Below the pieces are notes generated by a model. The model searched no databases, was not told where the DNA came from, and saw only the letters and a program-made list of their open reading frames with translations. From an uncultured delta proteobacterium (lineage in GTDB: Bacteria; Myxococcota_A; Polyangia; Fen-1088): DNA of 64,000 nt. Numbering within the stretch: the first letter of the stretch is position 1; every line of letters starts with the position of its first letter. The stretch lies in assembly GCA_963796685.1 (NCBI GenBank), contig CAWCMR010000013.1, positions 416,001-480,000 of the forward strand, read 5' to 3'. Below, one piece after another: positions 20,040 to 32,192 of the stretch. The position numbers were made by a program, and so were the translations under genes.

Positions 20040-21530
20040 TCACAGCTTGGGGAACGGTTTGAGCTCCTCGGGGGCGGCCGGCATTTGCGGTTTCGAGACG
20101 GGCGTTGGCGTTGGCGTCGAGGGTGGGCCGACTCCAGGCTTGATATGACCGGCCGATGCGGGCCTCGCCTTGTGGCCATGCGCCCCGCGCTTGGCAGGCT
20201 GCTCTTCTGCTGTTGGTTCTTCCGCGGCGGCGGCTGGCGCAACAATCGGCTCCTGGGGCGGCGCCACCGGCTGCGCGGTCGGACCTGGCGGCTGGGTTGG
20301 CGCGCGGACTGGAGCCGGCGGGAGAGGCATCGGTGCACTCGCGGCCGTCAGGGCCGGCGTCGTGCCCAGCTGTGCTTTGCCGTGCGAAAGCACAAGCCAG
20401 GCAGCCACCGCGCCGCCCAGGGCGATGCCGACGACGATCAAAAGAAGGGTCTTGCCGCGCGAGGCCGGCGCGGGAGCCGCCACCATCTCCGCACTGGAGG
20501 GCGCCGAATCGACGGACTTGTGAGAAACCCGAGAGGTCTCTGTCGCGGTTCTCTTGGCGCGCAAAATCTTCAGTGCCGCGGCTGCGTGGGCACCGCCCAT
20601 TTCCACGGTTTGACCGCCGGGTGGCTTGGCAACGGCGGTCTCCGGACCCGGGCAGACCCCGACCGCCTCGAGCAACTCCGCCATGGATTGCCACCGTCGG
20701 TCGCGATCCTTCTCCAGCGACTTGAGTATCAGGGCATCCATCTCCGGCGTGATGACCAGGTCCGGCCGGCGCGCGCTGGGCGGAACGGGCTCTTCCATGA
20801 GGTGCTTGGTCAGCATGGTCATGAACGACTCGGCCACGAACGGCGTCTGCCCCGTGATCAGGTGATACATGATGCAGCCGACAGCGTAGATGTCGGCGCG
20901 ATGGTCGGTGTCCTTGCCTTCGGCCTGCTCCGGCGCCATGTACTCGGGCGTGCCGAAGATCATGCCTGTTCTGGTCAGGCGCGGGCCGTTCGGATCCAGC
21001 CCCATGACCTTGGCGATGCCGAAATCGAGGATCTTCACGAAGTGGGGTTGGCCCTCACGCTGAATCAGAAAGATGTTCTCCGGCTTCATGTCGCGGTGAA
21101 CGATCCCCTTGTCGTGCGCGGCCCGCAGCGCTCGGCAGATCTGCAGCACGATGCCGCGCGCGTCCCACCATTCCATGGCGCCCTTGGAACGCACGATCTC
21201 GCCCAGGTCCTTGCCGTCCAGAAACTCCATCGCGATGTAGACCAGACCGTCGGGCGACTGCCCGAAGTCCATGATGTCGATCACGTTTTCGTGGCCGATG
21301 CGCGAGGCGCTTCGGGCTTCTTGCAAAAAGCGCGCGACCAAGTCCGACCTGCGCGCGAGCTCGGGCGCCAGGACCTTGAGAGCGAATTTCTTCTCGATGA
21401 CGACGTGCTCGGCCAGGTATACCGAACCCATTCCACCCTCACCCAGCTTGCGGATGACGCGATAGCGATCTGCGACAAGCTGCGAGATAAGGGGATCGGC
21501 GATTTCAGGCGGGCTGTCACCAACGCTCAT
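20040..21530 (-). CDS. Membrane Ser/Thr protein kinase
   Basis: [32 protein letters not shown]; TM helix and Pro/Ala-rich tail. Confidence 0.93.
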   Translation of the reverse strand: MSVGDSPPEIADPLISQLVADRYRVIRKLGEGGMGSVYLAEHVVIEKKFALKVLAPELARRSDLVARFLQEARSASRIGHENVIDIMDFGQSPDGLVYIAMEFLDGKDLGEIVRSKGAMEWWDARGIVLQICRALRAAHDKGIVHRDMKPENIFLIQREGQPHFVKILDFGIAKVMGLDPNGPRLTRTGMIFGTPEYMAPEQAEGKDTDHRADIYAVGCIMYHLITGQTPFVAESFMTMLTKHLMEEPVPPSARRPDLVITPEMDALILKSLEKDRDRRWQSMAELLEAVGVCPGPETAVAKPPGGQTVEMGGAHAAAALKILRAKRTATETSRVSHKSVDSAPSSAEMVAAPAPASRGKTLLLIVVGIALGGAVAAWLVLSHGKAQLGTTPALTAASAPMPLPPAPVRAPTQPPGPTAQPVAPPQEPIVAPAAAAEEPTAEEQPAKRGAHGHKARPASAGHIKPGVGPPSTPTPTPVSKPQMPAAPEELKPFPKL

Positions 21531-21577
21531 TCTTCTGCACTTTACCACGGACGCCGGTACAATCACTTTCGTCTCGT

Positions 21578-22579
21578 ATGGCCAGCATCGTTGCCTACAT
21601 TGAGCTACGCGAAGGCGCCATCACCAGCCCCTCGCGCCACGTCGTGGCCGAGGCACGTCGAGTTGCGGACTCCGCCGGCGCGACGGTCTTCGCCCTTTTG
21701 ACGGTGGGCCCGCTCGCGCAGGTGGAAATGGACCGCTTGGCGTCCGAAATCAGCGCGGCGGGTGCGGATCGCATCCTCTGTTCTTCGTCCGACAGCCTGG
21801 GCACGCCCGCGCTCGACGTGACCCATGGGGCTGTCTTGGCCCAGGTCGCCGAGCACCTGCGACCGGTGCTTTTCCTGTTTCCGGCGGGTGGAACGGGCCT
21901 GCAACTCGGACCACCTCTTGCGGTACGGATTGGCGCGGCCTACCTGGCCAACGCCAGCATCACCGTCCGCGGCGAAGGTAGAGAGCCGGCCCCCGCCTCG
22001 AAAAGGGTGATCTTGTCGCGGTGGCGGGCATCAAGGAATGGCCTGCGCAGGATCGATGTTGGCGATCTCGAGCGGCCCGTGGTCGCCAGCCTTGCTTCAG
22101 GGCCTTTCCCACCGCCCATGGGGGAGCCCTATGCCGAGGTCGAGATGTTTCCCTGCCCGGACGCGAACCTCCCCGAGGCGCACGTGATCGATTCTGAGCT
22201 GGAAACAGGCGCCGAGATCGAGGTGTGCGCAGCCCTCGTTTGCGCGGGAGCAGCCGACGAATCTGCCAAGGCGGCGCTGCGCGCCGAGTTGCCTACGGGT
22301 GTGTGCCTTCTTGCCGTGGACGACGCCGAATCGTCGATCCTTTCGCCCATCCTTTCCGTGGCTGCTCCCCAGGATTGCTTGGTTCTCCCGAGCGCCCATT
22401 CCAAGCTCGGCGCCCCTCTACCCGAGACTGCGCCGAACGCGGCGGTCATGTGGGTTGAACGTTCCGCATCCGGCCCCAAGTCGCAAGATGCCCGTGTCGC
22501 GTCCGAGACCTCCGACGCGGACTTGGAGGAGCTCGCTGCCGCACTTTGCCGCGTCCGAGCCCAGGGGGTAGCCTCTTGA
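21578..22579 (+). CDS. Degenerate electron transfer flavoprotein alpha-like protein
   Basis: N-terminal half resembles EtfA (IVAYIE..., AAGADRIL, GLQLGPPLAVRIGAAY, ERPVVASL); C-terminal FAD-binding motifs not recognisable. Confidence 0.6.
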   Translation: MASIVAYIELREGAITSPSRHVVAEARRVADSAGATVFALLTVGPLAQVEMDRLASEISAAGADRILCSSSDSLGTPALDVTHGAVLAQVAEHLRPVLFLFPAGGTGLQLGPPLAVRIGAAYLANASITVRGEGREPAPASKRVILSRWRASRNGLRRIDVGDLERPVVASLASGPFPPPMGEPYAEVEMFPCPDANLPEAHVIDSELETGAEIEVCAALVCAGAADESAKAALRAELPTGVCLLAVDDAESSILSPILSVAAPQDCLVLPSAHSKLGAPLPETAPNAAVMWVERSASGPKSQDARVASETSDADLEELAAALCRVRAQGVAS

Positions 22580-23253
22580 TTGTGCTTGTCTGTTTGGAAT
22601 CGCCGTCGCCCAGCTTGGCCAGCCGCGCGGCCCTGGACCTCGCGTGTGGCCTGGGGAATCGGGCCAATGTGGTCGTTCTGTCCGTCGGTGCCGAATCCGA
22701 CAGTCCGTCGTTCGAGTTGGCGCGTCGAAACCGAGCTGTCCGTCGCATCGTCCACCTGCAGAGCTCGCCGTTCAAAGAGGCGGGGTTCTTCACGCTGGGC
22801 ATGATTCTGGCCGAGGCGGCACGGCACTTGGAGGCGCGCGTGATTCTGGCGGGCGGGCATTCCGACGAGGAGGGACAAGGCATGGTCCCGGCCGCTCTGG
22901 CGCATCACCTGAAGGCGCCACTGTTCGCACGGGTTCATGCCGTGCAGTTGCCGGCCGGCGACGACGAAGTGCTGCACGTGGGCCTCCGTTCCGGCGGGCG
23001 ACGTTGCCGGGTCGTAAGTCCGCTGCCCGTCGTCCTGACCACCCAGCCTTCGCCGGCAAGCGAGACGTCCCGCGCGGCCCCCAACGCCAGTGCTCCGCTG
23101 TCCGTCGAGACGCTTTCATTGGCTCAACTTGGTATCGAGGCGAGTCGCATGGTGCCTCGTCCCGCTCTGCTGGGTGCTCTGGTGCCGGGGCCGACCACCG
23201 TCCAGCACAAGTCCTTCGACGAGGCGGCCTGTATTCTCTTGCGGGGGTCCTAG
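22576..23253 (+). CDS. Degenerate electron transfer flavoprotein beta-like protein
   Basis: TTG overlaps the upstream stop; IVLVCL, AALDLA, VVVLSVG, ILAGGHSDEEGQGMVPAALAHHL, LPVVLT match the EtfB pattern. Confidence 0.7.
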   Translation: MIVLVCLESPSPSLASRAALDLACGLGNRANVVVLSVGAESDSPSFELARRNRAVRRIVHLQSSPFKEAGFFTLGMILAEAARHLEARVILAGGHSDEEGQGMVPAALAHHLKAPLFARVHAVQLPAGDDEVLHVGLRSGGRRCRVVSPLPVVLTTQPSPASETSRAAPNASAPLSVETLSLAQLGIEASRMVPRPALLGALVPGPTTVQHKSFDEAACILLRGS

Positions 23254-23293
23254 CCCAGACTGGGCGCCTCGCCGACGACTGCCGGAGCCTCCC

Positions 23294-25096
23294 GTGGCAC
23301 CTGATCCAAGCACCCTGCAGCCTTCGCCGCCCGCGCTGTCGCTGCACGGCCTGCGCGCCCGCATGGCGCGGCCCTCGACGCTATCGGCGGTGGGGCTATC
23401 CGGCGTTCTGTCGCTCTATGCGCTGCTCAAGCTCTATTCGCTGAACTTCGTCAGCGGCGACGAGCACATGTACTTCTACATGAGCCTACTCGTGTCGAGA
23501 GGCGAGTGGCCCTACCGCGACTTCTTCTTCTCGCACCCGCCCTTGCAGCTCTACATCATGGGTGCCCTTTACAAGGTATTCGGCTACTCGCTGGCCCTGT
23601 CGAAGGCGGTGCCCAGCCTCGCCGCCATGGTGTCGGGCGTGCACGTGTACCTCATCGGCAGGCGACTCGTCGGCCGAGTGGAGGGTGTGCTGGCAGCGGC
23701 CTTGTTCTTGTTCACCTTCGATGTCTTGCGCGGGTCGTCCCATTTCACCGGTGCCAATTGCGCATTGGCCTTCGGTCTGATGGCCGCGTACCAGGCCCTG
23801 GTCGGTCGAAACCTCCTGGCCGGTGCCCTGTTCGCCATCGGGACCTTTATCGGCGTGTACGTGGCGCCTCTCGCGCTCATGTTGCTCGCGCTGCTCGCCC
23901 TGCGCTCGTGGAAGGAATCGCTGCGCCTCTTGGCCAGCTATGCTGCCGTGTGCGCCCTCATCTGTAGCCTCTTCGTCTCGGTGGCGGGCGTGCACGCGTT
24001 TTGGTACCAGATCTTCGGCTACAACCTGCACAAGGTTGCCTTTCACTACTCATGGTTCGCGAAACTCAGGAACGTCGCCTATCTCAATTCGCTGGCCATG
24101 ATTGGTTTCGTGCCCGGCATCGTGTGGGCCGTCTCGATGTGGAGCCTGCGCGGGAGACCGTCCGCCGAGCGGGTTCTGCCGGGGAGACTTGGCCGGCTTG
24201 CCGCGCGGATCAACCTTTGGAATGGTGATCGCGTTGCGGCGCAGATGATCCTGGGCACCCTCATCTGCGGGTACTTCTATTTCTACTCGACCCGCGTCGA
24301 CTACTACTCCTACTACTTCATGCTCATCATGCCCTGGATGGGGCTCATGACCGCGACCGTGGCAGTCGACATCGTCCGCTACCTTTCCCGGCGCAAGGTC
24401 TCCGCGCCTGCCGGACCTCCCCTGCCTCGCGCTGAACGGCGACGGCGCGAGCAGCGCTCGCGAAGACATGGAACGGTGGCCGCGAACGGACCGACGTGGA
24501 GGCTCTGGCCCCTGGTCCTTTGTGCCGCCGCGCTCGCGGCCGTGCTGCTCTATCGCCAGGGCATCGGCGGCGACAGGCAGGTCGAGATGGGTGACGAGTC
24601 CTCTCGCTACACCTGGTACGACAGCCCCTACCTCCCGCGCGCCGTCAATGCCCTCGTGCGTGACGTCTTCTGGTCGCCGACCAGCGACCCGATCCATCCG
24701 CCGAACGCCATCACCTACTATCTGCAGCACGAATCGATGCACGCACCGACCATCGACACCTTCGTGGCCGAGGTTCGCGGCGCGTGCCGTCCCGGCGAAC
24801 GCATCTTCGGCGAATACTCGCTCGGCCCCTTTGCCGGGGCACTCGGTCCCTGCGTCCTCGCCGCCAATCTGGCCGACACCAACCCGCATCGGTTCAAAGT
24901 CCACGAGAGCACGCCCGAGGATTGGGTGCGCGCCCTCGAACAGGATCACCTGGACATCGCGATCGTCGTGCCCGGCATGACCATGCTGAGGGAGCGCGTC
25001 TTGCGCGAGTATCTGATCGGAACATTTCCGCGCATCATCGCGACCTGGGATGACCCCTACGCGGGCCACGTCGAGCTCCGCCGCCGCGCGAACTGA
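23294..25096 (+). CDS. Multi-TM GT-C fold glycosyltransferase (ArnT/PMT-like)
   Basis: GDEHMY and PYRDFFFSHPPL motifs, many TM helices; GTG 23294 with GGAG upstream. Confidence 0.78.
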   Translation: MAPDPSTLQPSPPALSLHGLRARMARPSTLSAVGLSGVLSLYALLKLYSLNFVSGDEHMYFYMSLLVSRGEWPYRDFFFSHPPLQLYIMGALYKVFGYSLALSKAVPSLAAMVSGVHVYLIGRRLVGRVEGVLAAALFLFTFDVLRGSSHFTGANCALAFGLMAAYQALVGRNLLAGALFAIGTFIGVYVAPLALMLLALLALRSWKESLRLLASYAAVCALICSLFVSVAGVHAFWYQIFGYNLHKVAFHYSWFAKLRNVAYLNSLAMIGFVPGIVWAVSMWSLRGRPSAERVLPGRLGRLAARINLWNGDRVAAQMILGTLICGYFYFYSTRVDYYSYYFMLIMPWMGLMTATVAVDIVRYLSRRKVSAPAGPPLPRAERRRREQRSRRHGTVAANGPTWRLWPLVLCAAALAAVLLYRQGIGGDRQVEMGDESSRYTWYDSPYLPRAVNALVRDVFWSPTSDPIHPPNAITYYLQHESMHAPTIDTFVAEVRGACRPGERIFGEYSLGPFAGALGPCVLAANLADTNPHRFKVHESTPEDWVRALEQDHLDIAIVVPGMTMLRERVLREYLIGTFPRIIATWDDPYAGHVELRRRAN

Positions 25097-25103
25097 AGAA
25101 CCT

Positions 25104-26463
25104 TCAACCCATGCCGCGCACGAGGGCTTCGAGGGTCTCTCGCGTGTTGCAGCTCGGGGTCGTCGAGGACCTTTTCCAGAAGTTGCTCCAACACTTCGCC
25201 CACGTGGCGGCTGGGTGGAATACCCAGGACGCGCATGACGTCCTTGCCGTCAATGGCCAGATCGGTCACGCGCAGAGCCGCGTCCTCGGCCGCCACCCTG
25301 GCGATTCTTTCGCGCAAGGCGCGCGTCTCGCACTGCGGATCTTCGCCTCGCCCTCGGCTGACCACGTCGGCTTCGCGCAGCGAGAACAGGGGCGGAACCA
25401 GCTCCGGCCCTATCCGCTTGACGAAGCGACGAACCGTTCCGTCGCTCCAGTCGGGCGTGTAGAAGAACATATGACCACCCACCAGGGCACAAATCGTCGT
25501 GCGCTCGGCCGCCGAGAGCTTGAGCCGGGTGCAGATCGCCTCCGCGAGGTCGACCCCCGCGTGCTCGTGGCGAAAGAAGGAATATTCGCCGGGCGCGTCC
25601 TCGCGCGGGGCCTGGGTCTGGGGTTTGCCGAGGTCGTGTAGCAGGGCGGCCATGCGCACGACGAAATCCGGCCCTGCCGCGTCCACGGTGGCCAGGGTGT
25701 GCTGATAGACGTCGTGCTTGTGGAAACGGTTCTGAGCGCAGCCGATGGTGGGCAACATCTCGGGTAGGACCTCGGCGAGTAGCCCGGTTGCGCGCATGAG
25801 CTCGATTCCCTGGGAGGGAGTGGGCGCCAGGAGCAACTTGCGCAGCTCGTCGCGAATACGCTCGGCCGAGACCTTGCGAAACGAGTCGAGGGTCAGCGGG
25901 ATCGCGACCTGGGTGCTCGAATCCATGGCAAAGCCGAGTTGGGCGGCCTGGCGAACGGCGCGCATGGGGCGCAGGCCATCCTCGGTGAAGCGCAGGATCG
26001 GGTCGCCCACGGCGCGTACGATCTTACGCACGATGTCGCCTTGACCGTCGAAGGGATCGATGAGCGCGCCCGACGCAGGATCGAAGGCGATGGCGTTCAT
26101 GGTGAAATCCCGGCGCGCCAGATCCTCGTCGAGAGTGGCCCCGAAGGTCACGCTCGACGGTCGTCGCCCGTCGAGGTAGGAGCCTTCGCCACGAAAGGTC
26201 GTCACCTCGACGTGCCGGTGCGCCTTGCCCGCCAGGACGGTCACGGTGCCGTGCTGGAGGCCCGTGGGAATCGCGTAGCGGGCCCCGAAAATGTCCATGG
26301 TCGCCTCGGGCAGGGCGCTGGTGGCCACGTCGAAGTCCCCGGGGTCGCGCCCGATGAGCAAATCGCGCACGCTGCCGCCGACGACGAATGCGGCGTGTCC
26401 CGCTTCCCGAAGCCGCCGGCATATGCCGAGGACGTCAGGCGGAATGCCCCCGGCGTCGAGCAT
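25104..26463 (-). CDS. cca: CCA tRNA nucleotidyltransferase / HD-domain protein (frameshift about 25150 near the C-terminus)
   Basis: VGGSVRDLL, DFDVAT, EVTTFR, RRDFTMNA, EDGLRPMR, LLHDLGK; removing one base gives DDPELNTRETLEALVRGMG*. Confidence 0.92.
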
Positions 26464-26471
26464 GGGCTTGG

Positions 26472-27179
26472 CTAGGAGCCCTCCATGATGGCCAGGGCGT
26501 GCTCGGCGGCGTTTTGCTGCGCCTCCTTCTTCGAGCGGCCGAACGCCCGGCCGTACTCCTTGTCGCCGATGAGGATGGCGACCTCGAAGGTCTTGGCGTG
26601 GTCGGGGCCCTGCTCCGACAGTACCGTGTAAAGGGGTGCCATCTGCAGCCTGGCCTGGGCGATCTCCTGCAACCGCGACTTGAAGTCCTTGCTGGCAGCC
26701 GAGGGAACCTCGGCGATGATGGGCAAAAAGAGGCGCTGGGTCACCTCGAAGGCGGCCGAGAATCCGCCGTCGAGGTAGACGGCGCCGATCAGCGCCTCGA
26801 AGGCGTTGGCGAGCAGCGAGCGTTTTTGTCTCCCCCCGGCTTGTTCCTCACCGCGCCCGAGGAAGATCCACTGGCCGAGCGCAAGGGTGTCGGCCACGCG
26901 CGCGAGGCCCGCCTCGTTCACGATGGCGGCGCGAGCCTTGGAGAGGTCGCCTTCGGGCTGCTCGGGGAACCGTTGCATCAGAAGGTCGCTGGTCACCAGG
27001 GCGAGGACGGCGTCACCCAAGAATTCCAGCCGTTCGTTGTCGGTGCGGTCGGTTTCTTGGCTTTCGTTCATCCACGACTTGTGTGTCAGCGCGGCTTCGC
27101 AAAGCGAGGCATCGCGAAAAGTGTAGGCGAGCTTTCCTTCGAGAATGGCGTAAAGAGACGGCTGTGGTGTAGACGGCAT
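26472..27179 (-). CDS. rnc: Ribonuclease III
   Basis: ALTHKS, NERLEFLGDAVL, FEALIGAVYLDGG, dsRBD (GPDHAKTF, GRSKKEAQQNAA). Confidence 0.96.
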   Translation of the reverse strand: MPSTPQPSLYAILEGKLAYTFRDASLCEAALTHKSWMNESQETDRTDNERLEFLGDAVLALVTSDLLMQRFPEQPEGDLSKARAAIVNEAGLARVADTLALGQWIFLGRGEEQAGGRQKRSLLANAFEALIGAVYLDGGFSAAFEVTQRLFLPIIAEVPSAASKDFKSRLQEIAQARLQMAPLYTVLSEQGPDHAKTFEVAILIGDKEYGRAFGRSKKEAQQNAAEHALAIMEGS

Positions 27180-27196
27180 GGAACGGTGATGAAACA

Positions 27197-28506
27197 ATGA
27201 TAGCCGAAGCCATGGACGGGGCCAGTTTGAGCACTTTTCGTCTTCTGCAAAGATCCCTGGTCATCGTTGCGCTCTTCCTTGGCCAGGGCGTGCGCTGGCT
27301 GGTGGGCTGGCTGTTTCTGCTGCTGACCTTTTCGGGACCGGCGCGTCGCAAGGAATGGTTTGGCCAGTGTCTGCTCGATCTCTTTCGCCATCTCGGCGCC
27401 ACATTCATCAAGGTCGGACAGATCATGAGCACGCGGCCCGACCTCGTGCCCGAGCACATCACGCACGCCCTCGCCCACCTGCAGGACGACGTGGGGCCTT
27501 TCCCGTTCGAGGCCGTCGCGCGAACCATCGCAGAGGATCTGGGCCGCCCCATCGAACGGATCTTCGCCGAGTTCTCGCCCCACCCCATCGCCTCGGCCTC
27601 CGTGGCCCAGGTTCACAAGGCGCGCTTGCTCGATGGCCGCGTGGTGGCCGTCAAGGTGCGGAGACCCGACGTCTTGGAGCTCTGCTCTTTCGACCTGGCG
27701 GTCATGCGCAAGGTAGCCCGCCTGCTGGGCAAGATCCCCTCGCTGGCCTCGGTGGGGCCGGAATCGACGGTCGACCAGTTCGGGCGCGCCATCTACGCCC
27801 AGCTCGATTTTCGCGTGGAGGCCAGCAACAATCGCCGCTTTCGCCACAACTTCCGCAACGAGCCCGATGTGGTCTTTCCCGAGATCTTCGAGGAATACTG
27901 TTCCGAGCGCATCCTGTGTATGACCCACATCGAGGGCATCAAGATCCTGGACGCGCGCAAGGGCCCAAGCGACCCCAAGCGTATCGCTCGCCTCGGCCTG
28001 CGCGCCCTGATGAAGATGATCTTCGAGGACGGCTTCGTACACGCGGATCTGCACCCGGGCAATATCTTCGTTCTCGAGGGCAACCGTATCGCCATCGTCG
28101 ACCTGGGGCTGGTCGGCGAGCTCGATCCGCCCCACCGTGCGATCTTTTCGCGCTTTTTCGCCGCGTGGGCCAAGCGCGACGCCGACACCATGGCGCACCT
28201 GCTCTACTCGGTGGCCGTCAACCCCATCGAGGGCGGCGAGGCGTTCGAGCGCTTTCGCGTCGCCGTGGTGGAATTCATGGCACGGACCTGGGGCCAGCGT
28301 ATGTCCGAGGTTCACCCGGGCAAGCTCCTGCTCGACATGCTCGGCCTGCTCCGTCGCCATCGCATTCGCATGGCGCCCGCCTTCACCATCGTCAACATTG
28401 CCATCGCCGTGACCGAGGGCATCGGCCGCCAGCTCGATCCCGACCTCGACCTCATGGCCGAGGCCATCCCCTTTTTCATGGCCCACCCCGCCCTGTTCCA
28501 GGCCAG

Positions 28507-28510
<4 letters not shown>
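27197..28510 (+). CDS. ABC1/UbiB family atypical kinase
   Basis: LGATFIKVGQIMSTRPD, ASASVAQVH, VAVKV, HADLHPGN, DLG. Confidence 0.93.
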
Positions 28511-29850
<1,340 letters not shown>

Positions 29851-29888
29851 AGTTCTAAAGAAAGCCCGGACCGGCCGGCGTCAAGGGT

Positions 29889-30104
29889 CTAGCCTCGGTA
29901 GACGACGATTCCGCGCGTCGGATCGTAAGGCGTCAAGGCCACCGTGACCTTGTCGCCGAGAACGATGCGAATGCGGTGCTTACGTAGCTTGCCCCCGAGG
30001 TGCGCCAGCACTTGATGACCGTTTTCGAGCTCGATGCGAAAGTTGCCTGCGGGCAACACTTCGATCACGCGGCCTTGAAACTCTATGTGTTCTTCACGAC
30101 CCAT
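29889..30104 (-). CDS. infA: Translation initiation factor IF-1
   Basis: 71 aa; [28 protein letters not shown]...PYDPTRG. Confidence 0.95.
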   Translation of the reverse strand: MGREEHIEFQGRVIEVLPAGNFRIELENGHQVLAHLGGKLRKHRIRIVLGDKVTVALTPYDPTRGIVVYRG

Positions 30105-30190
30105 CGGGGAGGCCAGAGGCTACTCGCTCACCCGTCGCTGGTCAAATCGAGAATTCAGTCTTTTGGGCTGCTGATACACTGGATTGTACC

Positions 30191-31360
30191 TTGTCCCGCC
30201 CGACCCCCATAGGCCTGCCAGCACAGGCCCTGCGCTACATCGAGGAGCCGGAAACCCTTTTGTGCAACAACACGGTCCGGCTCCTGTGCAATGGCAGCGA
30301 GGCGTTTCCGGCCTGGTTGGCGGCCATCGATGCTGCCCAGATTAGGGTCTCGCTGGAGATGTACATCTTCAACGACGACAGGATAGGCCGGCGCTTCGCG
30401 GACGCCCTTGCCCAGACCGCACGGCGCGGGGTCGAGGTTCGCCTTCTCTACGACTCCGTTGGCTGCCGCCACGCCGCGACCGCCTTTTTCGAGAGCATGC
30501 GCGAGGCCGGGGTGCTGGCCGTGCCCTATCATCCCTACCGCTTCTGGCGTCCCCATTTCTGGACCCTCATCCGCCGCAACCATCGCAAGACCCTGGTCTG
30601 TGATGGAGCCGTGGCATTCACCGGGGGCATCAACATCTCGGACATGTGGTTGTCCAAGGAGGAGGGAGGAGGCGGATGGCACGACGCCGCGGTCGAAGTG
30701 CGCGGACCCGCCGTGGCGACCATCGAGGCGGTCTTCCTGCGCACCTGGAACTGGCGCGCCAAACGCCGCTTGCGGTTGTCCGCGAGGCGCCTTGGCCGGC
30801 CAGCCCCGGCCGGCCAGGTGCCTCTTGCGATCATCTCGAATCGGGAGGTCGTCGACCGTTTCGCCATCCGGCGCGCCGCCCTGCATGCGATCCGCGCCAG
30901 CCTCAGCCGGGTCTACCTCGCCAGCCCGTACTTCGTGCCAGACCTCGGGTTCCTGCGCGGCCTGGCCCACGCAGCCAGACGGGGCATCGACGTGCGCATC
31001 CTGGTGCCCAAGCACAGCGACACCCAATCCGTGGATCTCGCCTCCCGGGCAACCTTCAGCCGCCTCTTGCCGGCCGGGGTGCGCATCTTCGAGCACCATC
31101 CCATGGTGCACACCAAGGCCCTGCTGGTGGACGATGGATTCGTCTCGCTCGGCAGCTACAACATCGACCATCGCTCGCTGGTCTACAACCTCGAGCTGGT
31201 CGTGAACGCGCTCGGACGCGAGCACAACGCCCAGGTCGCGGCCATGCTGGAGGCGGACATGGCCTCGAGCCAGGAAATCCACTGGGCCTCTTTTCGCAAG
31301 CGCTCGCTGCTCTCGCGCATTCTCCAACGCCTGGCCTACTGCTTTCGCCACTGGTTCTAG
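30191..31360 (+). CDS. cls: Cardiolipin synthase / phospholipase D family (ClsB-like)
   Basis: Two HKD motifs: NHRKTLVCDG and VHTKALLVDD; SPYFVP. Confidence 0.9.
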   Translation: MSRPTPIGLPAQALRYIEEPETLLCNNTVRLLCNGSEAFPAWLAAIDAAQIRVSLEMYIFNDDRIGRRFADALAQTARRGVEVRLLYDSVGCRHAATAFFESMREAGVLAVPYHPYRFWRPHFWTLIRRNHRKTLVCDGAVAFTGGINISDMWLSKEEGGGGWHDAAVEVRGPAVATIEAVFLRTWNWRAKRRLRLSARRLGRPAPAGQVPLAIISNREVVDRFAIRRAALHAIRASLSRVYLASPYFVPDLGFLRGLAHAARRGIDVRILVPKHSDTQSVDLASRATFSRLLPAGVRIFEHHPMVHTKALLVDDGFVSLGSYNIDHRSLVYNLELVVNALGREHNAQVAAMLEADMASSQEIHWASFRKRSLLSRILQRLAYCFRHWF

Positions 31361-31395
31361 GCGGCGCTCCAGCGCTCGGTCTTAGACTTCAAGTG

Positions 31396-32163
31396 TTACT
31401 TGAACTCGGCGATGACAGGTGCATGATCAGACGGATCCTTTCCTTTGCGGGCATTTCGGTCGATCGCCACGTGGACAAGGCGGGTTGCCAACGCGGGCGT
31501 GCATAGAATCATGTCGATGCGAAGCCCGCAGTTCCTGGGAAAACTGAGCTGGCGATAGTCCCACCAGCTGTAGACGCCCGCCTCGGGATGGTGCAGGCGG
31601 AACGCGTCTACCAAGCCGAAACGGCACACTTCGGACAACGCAGCTCGTTCGTCGGGGTGACACAGCACCTGATCCTTCCAGCCTTCCGGATCGTAGACGT
31701 CCCGGTCTTCGGGCGCCACATTCAAGTCCCCGCAGAGCGCCATTTCGGCGCCCCGATCGGCGTGCTCGTCGAGCCACTTGCGCCAGCGCGCAAGCCAATC
31801 GAGCTTGTAACGAAACTTTTCCGATCCGACCGCCTGGCCATTGGGCACATACACGGAACCGACCCTGACATGGCCAACGTCTGCCACGAGAAAGCGCGCC
31901 TGCGGATCCTGCGCGGCGTCCCCGAACCCTCGCACCGGGTCGCGGGCCGGCTCGCGCGTCAGAAGCGCCACGCCATTGTAGGTTTTCTGCCCGTGGCAAA
32001 GAACCTGGTATCCGGCGGCTTCAATCTCGGTTCGCGGGAATGCTTCGTCCTCCACCTTGGTTTCCTGCATGCACAGGACATCGGGACGATGCTCGGCGAG
32101 CCACGGAATAAGGCGATCGAGACGCTTGCGAATGGAGTTGACGTTCCAGGTGGCTATCTTCAT
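31396..32163 (-). CDS. xth: Exodeoxyribonuclease III
   Basis: MKIATWNVNS, QETK, YNGVA, YVPNG, GDLNVAP, SDHAPV. Confidence 0.96.
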   Translation of the reverse strand: MKIATWNVNSIRKRLDRLIPWLAEHRPDVLCMQETKVEDEAFPRTEIEAAGYQVLCHGQKTYNGVALLTREPARDPVRGFGDAAQDPQARFLVADVGHVRVGSVYVPNGQAVGSEKFRYKLDWLARWRKWLDEHADRGAEMALCGDLNVAPEDRDVYDPEGWKDQVLCHPDERAALSEVCRFGLVDAFRLHHPEAGVYSWWDYRQLSFPRNCGLRIDMILCTPALATRLVHVAIDRNARKGKDPSDHAPVIAEFK

Positions 32164-32192
32164 GCTGGCACAGGGAGGGAGAGCAGGACGCC

